Origin: Octopus sinensis
Taxonomy: Eukaryota
Assembly (NCBI RefSeq): GCF_006345805.1
Contig: NC_043002.1
Span: 91,512,001 to 91,576,000, forward strand
Direction: 5' to 3'
Length of the DNA stretch: 64,000 nt
In this document: piece by piece, positions 24,494 to 37,112 of the stretch
How the letters are laid out: each line of letters opens with the position of its first letter
Position numbering within the stretch: position 1 is the stretch's first letter
Notes under the pieces: generated by a model
Seen by the model: only the letters and a program-made list of their open reading frames with translations
What the model was told of the DNA's origin: nothing
The model's database searches: none
Position numbers and translations under genes: made by a program

Positions 24494-24662
24494 GTGTATA
24501 TACATATAAATATGTATGTATTGTATGTTTAAATAGAGCGACCGAGAGAGAGAGAGAGAAATCTGTGTTTGACCCCCCACCCACACCGCTTAACAACCAG
24601 TGTTGGTGTTTTTACATCCCCATACATAGCGTTTCGGCCAAAGAGTCAATAGAATATGTACC
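24283..24662 (+). mobile_element. SINE-O with internal (TG)n
   Basis: Head ttccgggttcagcctcactg...accttgggcaagtgtctt. Its 3' part runs into the adjacent SINE-M. Confidence 0.8.
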
Positions 24663-25075
24663 CGGCGGCGAGCTGGCAGAATCGTTAGCACGCCGGGCGA
24701 AATGCTTAGTGATATTTCGTCTGTCGTTACGTTGTGAGTTCAAATTCCGCTGAGGTCGACTTTGCATTTCATCCTTTCCAGGTCGAAAAATAAAGTACCA
24801 GTTACGCACTGAGGTCGATGTAATCGACTTAATCCCTTTGTCCTTGTTTGTCCCCTCTCTGCATAGCCCCTTGTGGGCAGTAAAGAAATACGTATTTCGT
24901 CTGTCTTTCCGTTCTGAGTTCAAATTCCGCCGAGGTCGACTTTGCCTTTCATTCTTTTGAGGTTGATAAACAAAGTACCAGTTACGCACTGGGGTCGATG
25001 TAATCGACTTAATCCGTTTTTCTGTCCTTGTTTGTCCCCTCTATGTTTAGCCTCCTGTGGGCAAAAAAGAAATAA
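24663..25075 (+). mobile_element. Dimeric SINE-M
   Basis: ggcggcgagctggcagaatcgttagc...; second monomer starts after taaagaaatac at gtatttcgtctg. Confidence 0.88.
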
Positions 25076-25315
25076 GAATATGTATCCGGCTTAAAAAATA
25101 TACCGAATGGAATTGGTGGAGAGATTCTTTCGACTACAATTCTTCAAGGCGATGCTCCAGCATAGCCGCAGTTTAATGGCTGAAGTAAGTAAAAACATAA
25201 ATGATAAAAGTTATGGAAGAATGATGCAACAAAGATATTGCGTTGCCCTTTTAACACATTTAGTTCAACATTATTGTGGTTAGTGGTCAAATTTACTCTT
25301 CCCTCTCTCACTATT

Positions 25316-25354
<39 letters not shown>

Positions 25355-25862
25355 TTCCACACATATACACACATATATGCATATAAACACATGCATCTTT
25401 GTGTGTGTGTGTGTGTGTGTGTATGTGCGTGTGTATGGGTTGTGTGTGTACAGAGAAATAGACTGACTGACAAAGAAGGATGAAAAGAAAATAAAACTAC
25501 TTTTGGAGAATACGTTACAGGTTAATTCAAGAACATTATCCCTCTACAGGTATTTCGTAGTGACTTTGACGAAGATAATTAATTTTGCTTGTGTCAATTT
25601 ATCTACCCGCATAGCACACCTACCCGAACCTTGAGGGTAATGTACCGGGTAATGACTAGCCTCTAAAAACATCAGGAACCCTGGTGATAGGTACTTTCCC
25701 TTTGATGTTACGTATGTTTATCTCAGGATTAGGAACCAATTTAACTGTACATATGGTGGAAAGCAATGTCAACCTTCAGATCATTTGAAATTGTTACAGA
25801 ATAATTAAAGGGTACAAGTTGATGCAGATTGCAACTATAAATATATATATGAGTGTGTGTAC

Positions 25863-25893
<31 letters not shown>

Positions 25894-26090
25894 TGTGTAT
25901 GTGTGTGTGTGTGCTTGTGTCTATACACACACGAATATATATATATGTATATATATATGGATCTATATCTATCTATACATACATATATATATGTATATAT
26001 GTGTGTGTGTGTCTCTGTGTATCTGTGTGTATGTATATATATTTATATGTATGTATGTATGTATTTATGTATGTATGTATGTATAAATAT

Positions 26091-26281
26091 ATAGGGAGAG
26101 TTTACGAAAAAAAACAAAAGACGAAGACAGGTGGTGTACAAAACAAACAGATGTATTAGTATAACGCTCAGGAATAGAAAAAGTCTTTTACGTTTCGAGT
26201 CTACGCTCTTCTACAGAAAGGGACACAGAAAAAACAAGGAGAGAAAAGATGTGTGTAGTGGCTAACGGTCTATCATGGCGA
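26091..26281 (-). mobile_element. About 190-bp PLE-like short element with a hammerhead-like motif (copy A)
   Basis: Homologous to 36429-36621. Minus strand 26220-26183 reads CTTT-CTGTAGA-A-GAGC-GTAG-ACTC-GAAA-CG-TA-AAAG. Confidence 0.6.
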
Positions 26282-26829
26282 CTGTATGTATAAATATACA
26301 TACATCTATACTATAATGGAGAAAGCTGCTTATTAATTAGGTATGTAACAATTGCTAAAAGTACTAAAAGAAAGCAATTGTTAAAAAGCTTGACTGTCTG
26401 CAAATATTTTGATTAATTCACGTTTTAAGAAATTTCCTATAATTTCGATTTCTCAAGTTATTCATTGCATTCACTGCGGAATATTCGATTTTCATTTGCA
26501 AAGTCTCTCACTTTTTCTTTTAAATTTTAATTCACTATTTGGAAAACCGACTGTTCATTGTATTAATGTATACGTAACGTAAACAAAAAACATAATTGAA
26601 TAATTTTTTTTAATACCCATATAAATTTTGAACGCGGGATAACTGCGAGAAGAGCCTATTAGAAGATGAGGAGAAAAAAAGTTACCGACAATTAGTCGAA
26701 ACTTGCACCTTATTCACAGTTTCCAAACAGTCTATGCTGCTAAGACAATATATACACAAATGTTGCAAGAGTGATTTCAACAATAACACACACACACACA
26801 CCAATACACACTCGTGCACACGCACAGAT

Positions 26830-27248
26830 ATATGTTTCTTTATTGCCCACAAGGGGCTAAACATAGAGGGGACAAACAAGGACGGACAAACGAATTAAGT
26901 TGATTACATCGACCCCAGTGTGTAACTGGTACTTAATTTATCGACCTCGAAAGGATGAAAGGCAAAGTCGACCTCAGCGGTATTTGAACTCAGAACGTAA
27001 CGGCAGACGAAATACGTATTTCTTTATTACCCACAAGGGGCTAAACACAGAGAGGACAAACAAGGACAGACAAACTGATTAAGTCGATTATATCGACCCC
27101 AATGCATAACTGGTACTTAATTTATCGACCCCGAAAGGATGAAAGGCAAAGTCGACCTCGGCGGAATTTGAACTCACAACGTAACGACAGACGAAATACT
27201 GCTAAGCATTTCACCCGGCGTGCTAACGGTTCAGTCAGCTCACCGCCT
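26830..27248 (-). mobile_element. Dimeric SINE-M
   Basis: Two tandem cores on the minus strand with the same junction as 24663. Confidence 0.85.
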
Positions 27249-27415
27249 TTTACACACGCATAGATATACATACAAATGCCAGGTAATGAATGTGTGCTCA
27301 CTGACAAAACTTCGTGCTGCATCATCTTTGTGAAATTTTTTTAGAGAACAGGTCGCGGTTTCAAAGCGACGAAAGTATTTTGATACAAATGAAACTTTGA
27401 TGTTGAAGTGAAACA

Positions 27416-27594
27416 GGTACTACTTAAATACAGATGTTACGTAAAATATATTTTAAATGTACCCAGTGTGGACGTGTACTGACACCCTAGTCTTAACCCT
27501 AACTAATCCTAAATCTAACCCTAACCCTAAAAACTAAGCCTACCCATCAAATCGTTACATAGATGCATCGGGACCTCTGTATTTAAGTAGTGCC
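27416..27594. mobile_element. MITE-T2 (179 bp) with GG termini and a CCCTAA tract
   Basis: TIR GG(T/C)ACTACTTAAATACAGA (19 bp, 1 mismatch). Flanks GTGAAACA / GTGAAAAC. Degenerate CCCTAA repeats at about 27485-27530. Confidence 0.75.
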
Positions 27595-28243
27595 GTGAAA
27601 ACTAGCGGTTTTTGTGTGTTCTCGAATGGCGTACAAACATCTTCCACGCTGCAATTTTTTTTTGTGTTTCAGCACACGATCTCAGATCAAGTAACTTGTT
27701 ATGCAAGTACATCTCCATAATTTTTTAAAACCGCTTTGGCTAAATACCAACAATGACCTTCTCTGGCTCTCCAATATTTTTTTTCTAAATAGAAACAGTC
27801 GGGGGCAGGAAATGGTGTTGCTAAAAATTCAAAAATTCTCAAATTTTCTTTCTTATAGCATATAAATGTATTTATAAGGGGAAAATATCGAAAAACGAAC
27901 ATGCGAGAGTTATAAAGAAACGAAAATACTCTTCCCATGGTTTTGAAGTGCAAAAAAAAAAAAGAAAAAAATGGCCAAAATAGGTCCGGAGTGCGATGAC
28001 GAGGGGGGTCTAAAAAAAAGAGTTTTCAAAACTTTTTTTCATAAGCCAACCCCCCGAAGGCTGTGGTCTAAAAAAATGGGGAAAATCCCCGAAAAAGTTT
28101 TCCCCACAAATTTCTTTATAATCGCAATCTATGCCGTGTGAAAGGTACAAAGTAATAATTAGACATAAATATAAAATATAAAAATTATTAGAATTGGAAA
28201 TCAAATGTGAAAATATCAAGGGGCCATCAGAAAGACCGCCCTC

Positions 28244-28303
28244 GGGCATATGGCGTAGTGGTTAAGAGCGCGGGCTACTAACCCTAATATTCCGAGTTCG
28301 ATT
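28244..28303 (+). mobile_element. tRNA-derived SINE head, same family as the arms at 458-584, 3'-truncated
   Basis: gggcatatggcgtagtggttaagagcgcgggctactaaccctaatattccgagttcgatt, with A and B boxes. Confidence 0.75.
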
Positions 28304-28428
28304 ATATCGAATTATAGTTCCGCATTAAGCTTGCGACGTATTTTATTGCCTGTGATAATTTTGCATCATTGGCATAGCTGCGACAGTGGCTGTCCTAGTG
28401 ACCGAGGACATTCTAAGGGGACTATGCA

Positions 28429-28459
<31 letters not shown>

Positions 28460-28474
28460 TACACACACACACAT

Positions 28475-28505
<31 letters not shown>

Positions 28506-29735
28506 CAGGGTGCGTAAGATATTTGAGGACAGATTTACGTTTATAAGAACAGATGTATAAACTTTATCAAAAATGGTATGAGGATAAAAATAAACCTCAT
28601 CTACAATGTTATGCAATAAAGCCACCTTCAGTTTCAACAACTTCTTCTGTATGAGATCTAAATCATCTACATGCTCGAATCAAGTGGTCCTGGTTTATTT
28701 TGGTCCTGACTGTGGCAGCTTTCAAAGAATCTTTAGTGTTATCGGCGTGTTCATTGGCCTCTCTCTCAACAATGCTCCACTTGTAATAGTCCAATGGATT
28801 GAGGTTTAGGGAATTAGGAAGCCAAATGTTAGGGGTTATGTGATCATGAAAATTGTCAACCATCCATTCCTGCCTTACTGGAGCCATATGTGATAGTGCA
28901 GAGTCTTACTGAAACACATATGGCCTTCCATTGCATACACTGTCTAACCAGGGATTAGCAATTATTTCCAGGACCTTAATGTAAGCGGCAGAGTTATCTC
29001 TAAGGCTTTGTGGAAAGAAGTAGGAGGCATCACATGTCTTTCATTGCTGAAAATCCCTAAAACCATGACAGTTGCACGAAAATTTGTATACATGACACTT
29101 GGAACTGCAGAATGGTCCGTACATAAACATCTGTCATTTCTTCTGTTAACTTTTTGATCTTGGTCGAAGGTCTTTTCATTTGAGAAAAGCCAATTCAAAT
29201 CTTGTGCTGGATTTCTCAGTTTAAGAACCGTTTAGATCTGATGTAGTGATTTTCTTTTGATTTTATGACAAATTGACCTTTCCTCATCATATAAAATTTA
29301 TATCTGATGTCTTCGTGGACAACATTTCTGACTGTTCCTTCTGACAGATGGAGATCTTTTTGCAATTGACCTCATGGATTTTCTAGGATTGTAATCAATG
29401 GTCTGTTGAACTTGCTGGGTAAATTCAGATATTCTGATGATTTCAGAGAGCTTAGAATGCTTTTTATGCTTTGATACTGGTGATACGTTTCCATCTCCAG
29501 TCTCTAGCTGCTTACAAACTTTGTAGACTAAAGATCTGGCAGCTTTTAAAAATTAATATATTTCTAAATCGCCATGCTTAGCAATTATAACCACAATAAC
29601 AGCATGCTTCTTCATTTCTTAAGTAAGGTGAGGGTCTATCATTATTATTTTCTGAAACAAAATTATACAGAGTTAGTAAAATAAATGCACCAGTGATCCA
29701 AAAAAGGTATGTCCTCAAATACCTTACGCACCCTG
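28506..29735 (-). mobile_element. Full-length (1230 bp) decayed Tc1/mariner element, maT/DD37D-like
   Basis: TIR CAGGGTGCGTAAG(A/G)TATTTGAGGACA with TA on both sides. Transposase fragments WLFSNEKTFDQDQKVNRRNDR, VMVLGIFSNERHVMPP and WLPNSLNLNPLDYYKWSIVERE. Stops and frameshifts. Confidence 0.9.
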
Positions 29736-29740
29736 TATAT

Positions 29741-29795
<55 letters not shown>

Positions 29796-29800
29796 AACCA

Positions 29801-30193
29801 AGGCGCAGGAGTGACTGTGTGGTAAGTAGCTTGCTTACCAACCACATGGTTCCGGGTTCAGTCCCACTGCATGGCATCTTGGGCAAGTGTCTTCTGCTAT
29901 AGCCTCGGGCCGACCAAAGCCTTGTGAGTGGATTTGGTAGACGGAAACTGAAAGAAGCCTATCGTATATATGTATATATGCATATATGTATGTGTGTATA
30001 TGTTTGTGTGTCTGTGTTTGTCCCCCTAGCATTGCTTGTCCCCATCACTTAGCGGTTCGGCAAAAGAGACCGATAGAATAAGTACTGGGCTTACAAAGAA
30101 TAAGTCCTGGGGTCGATTTGCTCGACTAAAGGCGGTGCTCCAGCATGGCCGCAGTCAAATGACTGAAACAAGTAAAAGAGTAAAAGAAAAAAA
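29801..30193 (+). mobile_element. SINE-O, near full length
   Basis: aggcgcaggagtgactgtgtggtaag ... gactgaaacaagtaaaagagtaaaag. Confidence 0.9.
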
Positions 30194-30867
30194 AGATATA
30201 TATATATATTCTATGGACACACCATAGGAAGACAGAATGGACTAAGCAGAACAGAAGACATGTGGGATGGAGAGATGCTGAAAAGGTCACAGGTGTGTAG
30301 ACTTAAAATAAGAACAGTAACAAACAAATGAAAAGCAAATATATATAGTGCGTTTGTTTATTTGGCAAGAAAAAAATGACCATTCCGAAATATCACAATA
30401 CACACACACACAACACACACACACACACACACACACATGCATACATTAGTACGTATGTATTTGTGCATGTGTTTGCACGTGTGACTGTATGATAGTTTCC
30501 TCCACACTAATACACCGATGCTACGTTTTTACTGAGCATAATTCCAGTTAACATGCTGTAAAAGATATCTTGCGCTTAGCAGTTATTTTTTGACATTCTT
30601 AGACTTAGCACCGTGTTTTAAGTGCAAAGCAATAATACCTAAGGCATTTGAATTTTCTCAGAACAGATAGAACAGTTAAGTAGCTATAGAGCCAAAATGG
30701 AACGCTCGGAGAAGAATGTGAACTAATGGCAAAACCAAAATTTAGTAATTTCTTGTATTTTGATAGTTTTACCGTTATACTCGGTGTAAGTTTAAGCAGC
30801 AAAGAAACATCTTTGAATTACAGTAAATATATATATATATTTATACTTAACTTTCATGAGGTAGGTA

Positions 30868-31212
30868 TGACACTCTGCCTAAGAAGTTCTCTCTGCAATC
30901 ACGTGGTGTTGGATTCAGTCCCACCATGCGGCATCGTGGGCAAGTGTTTTCTAGTATAATCTAGGACTGACCAATACCCTGTGAGTGAACTTAGTAAACG
31001 GAAATTGTGTGGAAGCCCACCATACATGCGTGTGTGCGTATACACACATACCTACACACACACACACATATATATATGTGTGTGTGTGTGTGAGTGTACC
31101 TGACTTAAAATAAATTAATAAATACTGGAACTGATTCATTGAACGAAAACCTTTCAAGATGGTGCCACAGCATGGCCACAGTTCAATGACTGAAAGCAGT
31201 AAAAGATAAAAG
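30868..31212 (+). mobile_element. Old SINE-O
   Basis: Degenerate head and tail (cagcatggccacagttcaatgactgaaagcagtaaaagataaaag). Confidence 0.7.
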
Positions 31213-31350
31213 ACTGCGAATGTAAAGGGAGAGTTTGATCTATAGTAAAAGCACGTAATAAGAGAAACATTTCTGGCTTTCTCTTCCTTCATTCGTACCT
31301 ACAAAATACTTTGGTCAAGAAGTATGATGTAATCTACCTTTTAGCTTACA

Positions 31351-31842
31351 CTAGCAGTATCGCCTGGCGTTGCTCGGGTTTATAAGGGAAATAACTATAT
31401 AAGCATTTTTAGAGAGTTATAGCCAAAAAATAGCAAAAAATGCATTAAAAATGGAAAAAAAATGATGGTAATTTTTTTTTAAATCGTTGACTCATCGTAG
31501 ACATTTTTAGAGAGTTACTTCCTTATATAATAGCGAAAAAATGCATTAAAATGGAAAAAAATTATGGTAATTTTTTTTTAATCGTAGACTCATCGTAGAC
31601 ATTTTTAGAGAGTTACTTCCCTTATATAATAGCGAAAAAATGCATTAAAATGGAAAAAAATGATGGTAATTTTTTTTTAATCGTAGACTCATCGTAGACG
31701 CGCGCTAATACCCAGAAGGGCTCGATATGAATCACGACTATAAGATACCCGGTTTTGGTTAAACTGCACCGCAAAATGTGGGAGTAGTTAGGAATCTAAA
31801 TCGTAGGAGACAGACACACAACTTGACTTTTATATATAAAGA
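31351..31842 (-). mobile_element. Helitron Hel-A with an internal ~98-bp segment in three tandem copies
   Basis: TC/CTAG ends. Units at about 31403-31500, 31501-31598 and 31599-31697, each ending in actcatcgtag. Confidence 0.85.
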
Positions 31843-32609
31843 TATCAGCTATCGTATTTTTAACACTTCTTAAACTTCATTTCTTTTAACATCAGTGTAA
31901 ACCACAAAGATCATTGTCTTTATAGTCGAAATACCGTTTAAGGTAGTTAGTCTTTTAAGAAATGTTCAAGTCCCACCGCCCAAAATCTTGTAGATGTTTT
32001 GTCGCTGTTATTGAAAATTTCTTTCAACGATATTACCACCATATTTATAACTTAAAGAAACTTGAAATAATCCAAAAGCACCGGATCCATTGCTGCTATG
32101 ATTTACTGGCACAATTTAACGGGTATAGAGAGTCTTGTTAGTCCACACGATAGCAATAATTTTTATACAAATTTCAGTTGACAACTTTGTAGCAATAAAT
32201 AAACAATCTTGTTTTTAGACAACAATGATTTGAATGGGTGCAGAATTATTAATTTCCTATATGTACTCCATGTTGGCTGCAGCCTTTAGTTATATTTATG
32301 AACACTGGAAATCCGAACACTTTAATCAATTTGTTTTTAATATTCCATTTTTTTAAAAGATGATTTTTAAAAAAAAGTTTTCCGTTTTTTAAAACGGCGA
32401 TTCACGGTTCAACATTGTGAATCAATTATATTGTTTTGATATTTTTCATGAATTATTCAAAATGTTCTAAACATTTTGTACTGTCTTCAAATATATAAAA
32501 AAAAACTTACTTGACATTCTCCCTTTCACACGAGCGTCTCTCTCCCTCTCTCTCCTTCTCTGTCTGTCTGTCTGTCTCTCTTTCTTACACACGCACACAT
32601 ATGTATACA

Positions 32610-32745
32610 CACAGAGTTGAATCCACTCAAAAGGATTTAGTCAGCCCGAGGCTGTGATAGAAGACGCTTGCCCAAGGTGACGAGCAGAGAGACTGAACCC
32701 GGAACCATGTGGTTGGAAAGCAAGCTTCTTACCATACAGTTACAC
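32610..32745 (-). mobile_element. SINE-O 5' fragment
   Basis: atccactcaaaaggatttag...gactgaacccggaaccatgtggttgg. Confidence 0.7.
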
Positions 32746-33199
32746 ATTATCTTCTAAGTTCGTGTGTCTCATACACCAAGATGCGTGAGTGTCTGTGTTT
32801 GTCTGTGTGTGTGTGTCTATGTGTGTGTGTGTGTGTGCGTGTGTGTGTGTGTGCTGATGTTTATGCCCATGTATGTACAGGCGTTCATCTGGCAGAATCG
32901 TTATTATGTCGGATAGATTGCTTTGCGGCTATTATTCTTTTTTACAACTATCTTGGGACTGAATACATATACCACCGAGATCAGCTTGACTTCCCACCCC
33001 TTCACGATCGATAAATAACATATTAATCATGAACCGGTATCGATACGTCTCTTTTGTTCTAACCATTTCTTTCTGTCTTCTCTTTTACTTCTTCCGGAAG
33101 AAATCGACCGTGGCTTGATCTGGTGAGTGATAGGTACCGCCAGATCTTAGAATGCCCAAGTCACTCCGTATGTCACGAGATGTCCGGAAGGAACCATCT

Positions 33200-33364
33200 C
33201 TTTTACTCTTTTACTTGTTTCAGTCATTTGACTGCGGCGATGCTGGAGCACCGCCTTTAGTCGAGGCAAATCGACCCCACGACTTATTCATTGCAAGCCT
33301 AGTACTTATTCTATCGGTCTCTTTTACCGAACCGCTAAGTTACGGGGGCGTAAACACACACACA

Positions 33365-33452
<88 letters not shown>

Positions 33453-33615
33453 ATATATATATATATACATATATACGACGGGCTTCTTTCAGTTTCCGTC
33501 TACCAAATCCGCTCACAAGGCTTTTGTCGGCCCGAGGCTATAGTAGAAGACACTTGCTCAAGCTGCCACGCAATAGGACTGAACTCAGAACCATGTGGTT
33601 GGTAAGCAAACTACT
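33200..33615 (-). mobile_element. SINE-O
   Basis: Tail, core and head all recognisable, with internal (CA)n(TA)n. Confidence 0.85.
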
Positions 33616-34039
33616 TTATTTCATAAAATTTGTCATATAGACAGAAACAAAGATCGTGTAGCTTAGCGAGCTAGACAAACACATTAATGAATGAAAATGA
33701 AATAAAATGAATAAATGAGAGACGAAACCCAACACCCACCGATTGGATTTTTCTCGGAAACATATTTTCTTTTTTTCAATATCAATATGTGGTTTCAAAC
33801 CTCTTACAAGGAGGCACTAAAACTCTTACTTAACATGTTTTTTTAAAACACACAATTGAGGTTATAAACCACTACAAATAATACAATGAGATGAGGTTTC
33901 AAACCCTCTAACGAAGCTTTTTCACCTCCTACTCATCGATATAGCCATCGATTTATCTATCATTATCATCAATGCCGCTTGATTTCCTGTATCACGCCAT
34001 TTCCCATGCCTCACTCATGTAGGACATGAAAGTTGTGTA

Positions 34040-35600
34040 AGGGCCACCCGGTCATATGCGACACTCCTCCCCAAATCCTTTAAATCTTTCCCACAAGAGA
34101 AACCTTACGACCTCCAAAGCTATCTGCAGAGGCCATTCGGGATCCCGTGTGAAGGCATATCTACTGTCTCTATATGTTCTTCTACTATTTTTCCAGCTCC
34201 CCGTCCTTGTGGAAAAAGATAATTAATTCATCATCTTTAAGCGTGGAGGTCGTTTCTACCACCGTGGGTGGCACAACTTCGAGGCATGCAGACGGCACAT
34301 TATCTCCCCCCTGCGATGACCTTTTCTTTTTTTCTTTTCTTCCTGACTTCGGGAGAGTGGAGCTCTTCCGCTTTGTCTGGAGTCTCTCCGCGACCTCCCG
34401 AAGGCTTAGGGTCCTTCGGCAGGCAACTATTGTTGCCCGCCTTCTTCCTTTTTAATTATTTTTGGGTTGAGGAGGCTAGGAGGCTGAAGCCTCCTCAACC
34501 ACATCCACCTCTCCCTTTGACCGGGTGACTGTTCCAGGACCTTACCATGGTCCTGAGGGCAGTTCTTTTTAATGTGGCCTGGCTGCAGGCACGAGTGAGA
34601 CTTGGGAGGACGTCCCTCAAGTATCACGGGATACCTGCAGCCAGCCATTTAAAAAAAATCTAGAAAAACCAGATCTGTTGCGGCCGATAGGGTCCACAGG
34701 GTCAAAATCGCTTTTGACCCTTCCCAATCGACCGCTGGCAATACCCTTACATTTAAGAGCCTTACATTTATTCCCCAGTCCCCGTCGGATGGTATCTTCA
34801 ATCCAACCCGCCTCATACTCAGGCTCTTATTAATTTCCTCCCGCAGCACGACGGGAGGAACATAATTTCATTGCCCTCTAAGGGCTGACTCGCAAAATTG
34901 CGAACCTTTTCCCGGTTGTATTTCACAGAGGACAACTAGTCTTTCAGTTTATTTTCTATAACTGGTTTTTGGAAGACGGTGATGGAATCGAGAACTTTAG
35001 AATACGTTCTAACCACAACCGTCCTCTCCTCCGTATCTTTTAACCACTGCTTGGGTGGGACAATCTCACACTCCAAAGCAGCGGCACCATTCTTTATCGC
35101 CATGAGGAAGAAAGTTCAAATGTCCACAAAAATAGAAATACACTAGAGAAAAAAAAAGCCCGAACGAAAAATAGGGAGTAAGAAAAAAGACAAAAGAAAA
35201 CAAAAAGGAAGAAATAAAAGTATGGTTCCAAATGGCAACTACACAATTTCGGCCACAAGTACTCCTGGCCCTCTTCTTTGGCTGGTACTCAGAGCTGGAA
35301 TCTTAAATCCACAGAAGACGAATCTTCGCCACAATGGGCCACAAACATTTTCAATGACTGGAACAAAATTCAGTTTTTGGGCGGGGATACGCCCCCAACA
35401 TTTTTTCAACAAGCAAAAATCTCAATAGCCGCCGAGAGCCGGCGAAATTGTCCCAGAGCTGGGCGAAATTTACTGAAAAAAATTCCAAAACAATAAATCA
35501 CGCCCAGCTCAAAACGAAGAAAATCACCTACCTCAACAGACTTCTTCTTAATTTTCAGTTTTAGGACGGAGCGCACTAGCTCATGTCCTTCTTGTTCACG
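34040..35600 (-). mobile_element. L1/Tx1-like LINE 5' region (5' UTR plus decayed ORF1)
   Basis: Minus strand GRPPKSHSCLQPGHIKKNCP, a CX2CX4HX4C knuckle with the first Cys lost. Upstream VVKDTEERTVVVRTY. Boundaries approximate. Confidence 0.65.
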
Positions 35601-35994
35601 TGTTGAAGCAAAACACCAATGCGCATGTGCGGGGTAAGCTAGCTACTTACCACACAACCACTCCTATGCAGTTTAAGTCATGACCGAGTCTATAGTAAAA
35701 GGTAAGAGATACTTGCTCATAATGGCTTGCAGTAGCACGGATCTGAGTATCTCATGAGTGTGCAGCGAACTCCTTAAGGGCCTGGTCATCCCTATTCGCA
35801 CCCACATATACATCGTATACATACAGAGGGAGAAAGTTAGTTAGAGACATTCGTATGGGTGTGCATACGTAAATATATGTATGTATATGAATGTGCGCGC
35901 TTGTTTGTTCTGTTTTGTATATACCTATCAATTTATGATGTGTTTACACATATTTGCCTACAACGAGGAATTATCTCCGTGACAAAATATGATA

Positions 35995-36175
35995 AATGGC
36001 TTCCTTCGGTTATCACAAGTGTTTCTGTTGATCTGATCAACGGAACAACCTGCTCGGAAAATAAACGTGCAAGTGGCTGAGAACTCCACAGACACGAGAA
36101 ACCTCAACGTAGTTCTCAGGGAGATTCAGCGTAACACACTGTGTGTGACAAAGCTAACCCTTCACAACAAGTAAC
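35995..36175 (-). mobile_element. SINE-B 3' tail fragment
   Basis: gatcaacggaacaacctgctcg...aacgtgcaagtggctgagaactccacagacac matches 48247-48400. Confidence 0.75.
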
Positions 36176-36428
36176 AAGTTTGTATGTATGTATGTATGTA
36201 TGTATGTATGTATGTATGTATGTATGTATGCATGTATGAGTGTGTGTATGTATGTATATATGTATGTATGTGTGTGAATGTATGTATGTACATATGCGTG
36301 TGCATGTATATATCTGTGTGTATGTGTATATGTATGTATTACGTACATACGTATGTATGAATGTATGTATGTACGTATGTATGTATGTATGTATGTGTGT
36401 ATGTATGTGTGTATGTATGTATGTATGT

Positions 36429-36621
36429 ATAGTGGCGAATTCACAATAAAAAACAAAAGACGAATACAGGTGGTGTAGAAAACAAACAGATGTATTTGTA
36501 TAACCCTCGGGAATTGAAAAAGTCTTTAACATTTCGAGCCTATGCTCCTCCACAGAAAGGAACACAGAAAGAAACAAGGAGAGAAAAAATATGTGTAGTC
36601 GCTAGCGATCTATCATGGCGA
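36429..36621 (-). mobile_element. About 190-bp PLE-like short element with a hammerhead-like motif (copy B)
   Basis: Minus strand 36559-36522 reads CTTT-CTGTGGA-G-GAGC-ATAG-GCTC-GAAA-TG-TT-AAAG. Embedded in TATG/TA microsatellite. A partial third copy lies at 45616-45677. Confidence 0.6.
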
Positions 36622-36784
36622 ATATATATATATATATATATGTATGTATGTGCTTACGTATGTATGTACGTATGTGTGTGTATGTATGTATGTATGTATG
36701 TATTATGTATGTATGTATGTATGTATGTATTATGTATGTATGTATGTATGTATGTATGCATGAATGTATGTATATATGTATGTA

Positions 36785-37078
36785 CAGCATGTGACCTGGT
36801 GGTTGGACTCACGATCATAAGAGTTTGATTCCCTGGCCTGGCTGTGTGTTTTCTTCTTGAACAAGACACTCTTTTTCATGTTTCTCCATTCCACTCATCT
36901 GGCAAAAATGAGTCGTATCTGTTATTCAGAGGACCAACTGTATGACGTGTCACACTGAATCTCTCTGAGAATTACGTTAGGGCTATGCGTATCTGTGGAG
37001 TGCTTAGCCACTTGAACCTTAGTTTGATGAGCCAGCTGTTCTGTTGATCGTCGTCGAAATTGACGGAGAGCCGCCAGA
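36785..37078 (+). mobile_element. SINE-B (diverged)
   Basis: tRNA-like head, cttgaacaagacact, ccactcatctggcaaaaatgagt and tail; ends in (ATGT)n. Confidence 0.75.
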
Positions 37079-37112
37079 TGATGTATGTATGTATGTATGT
37101 ATGTATGTATGT

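Noticed and set aside
28244-28303. Functional tRNA gene (also 458-584 and the other SINE heads)
   Set aside because: A and B boxes are present, but the copies are truncated or lack a closing acceptor stem, and they are attached to repeat bodies.
31850-32500. Possible transposase remnant
   Set aside because: The minus-strand frames I translated have many stops and no motif I could recognise.
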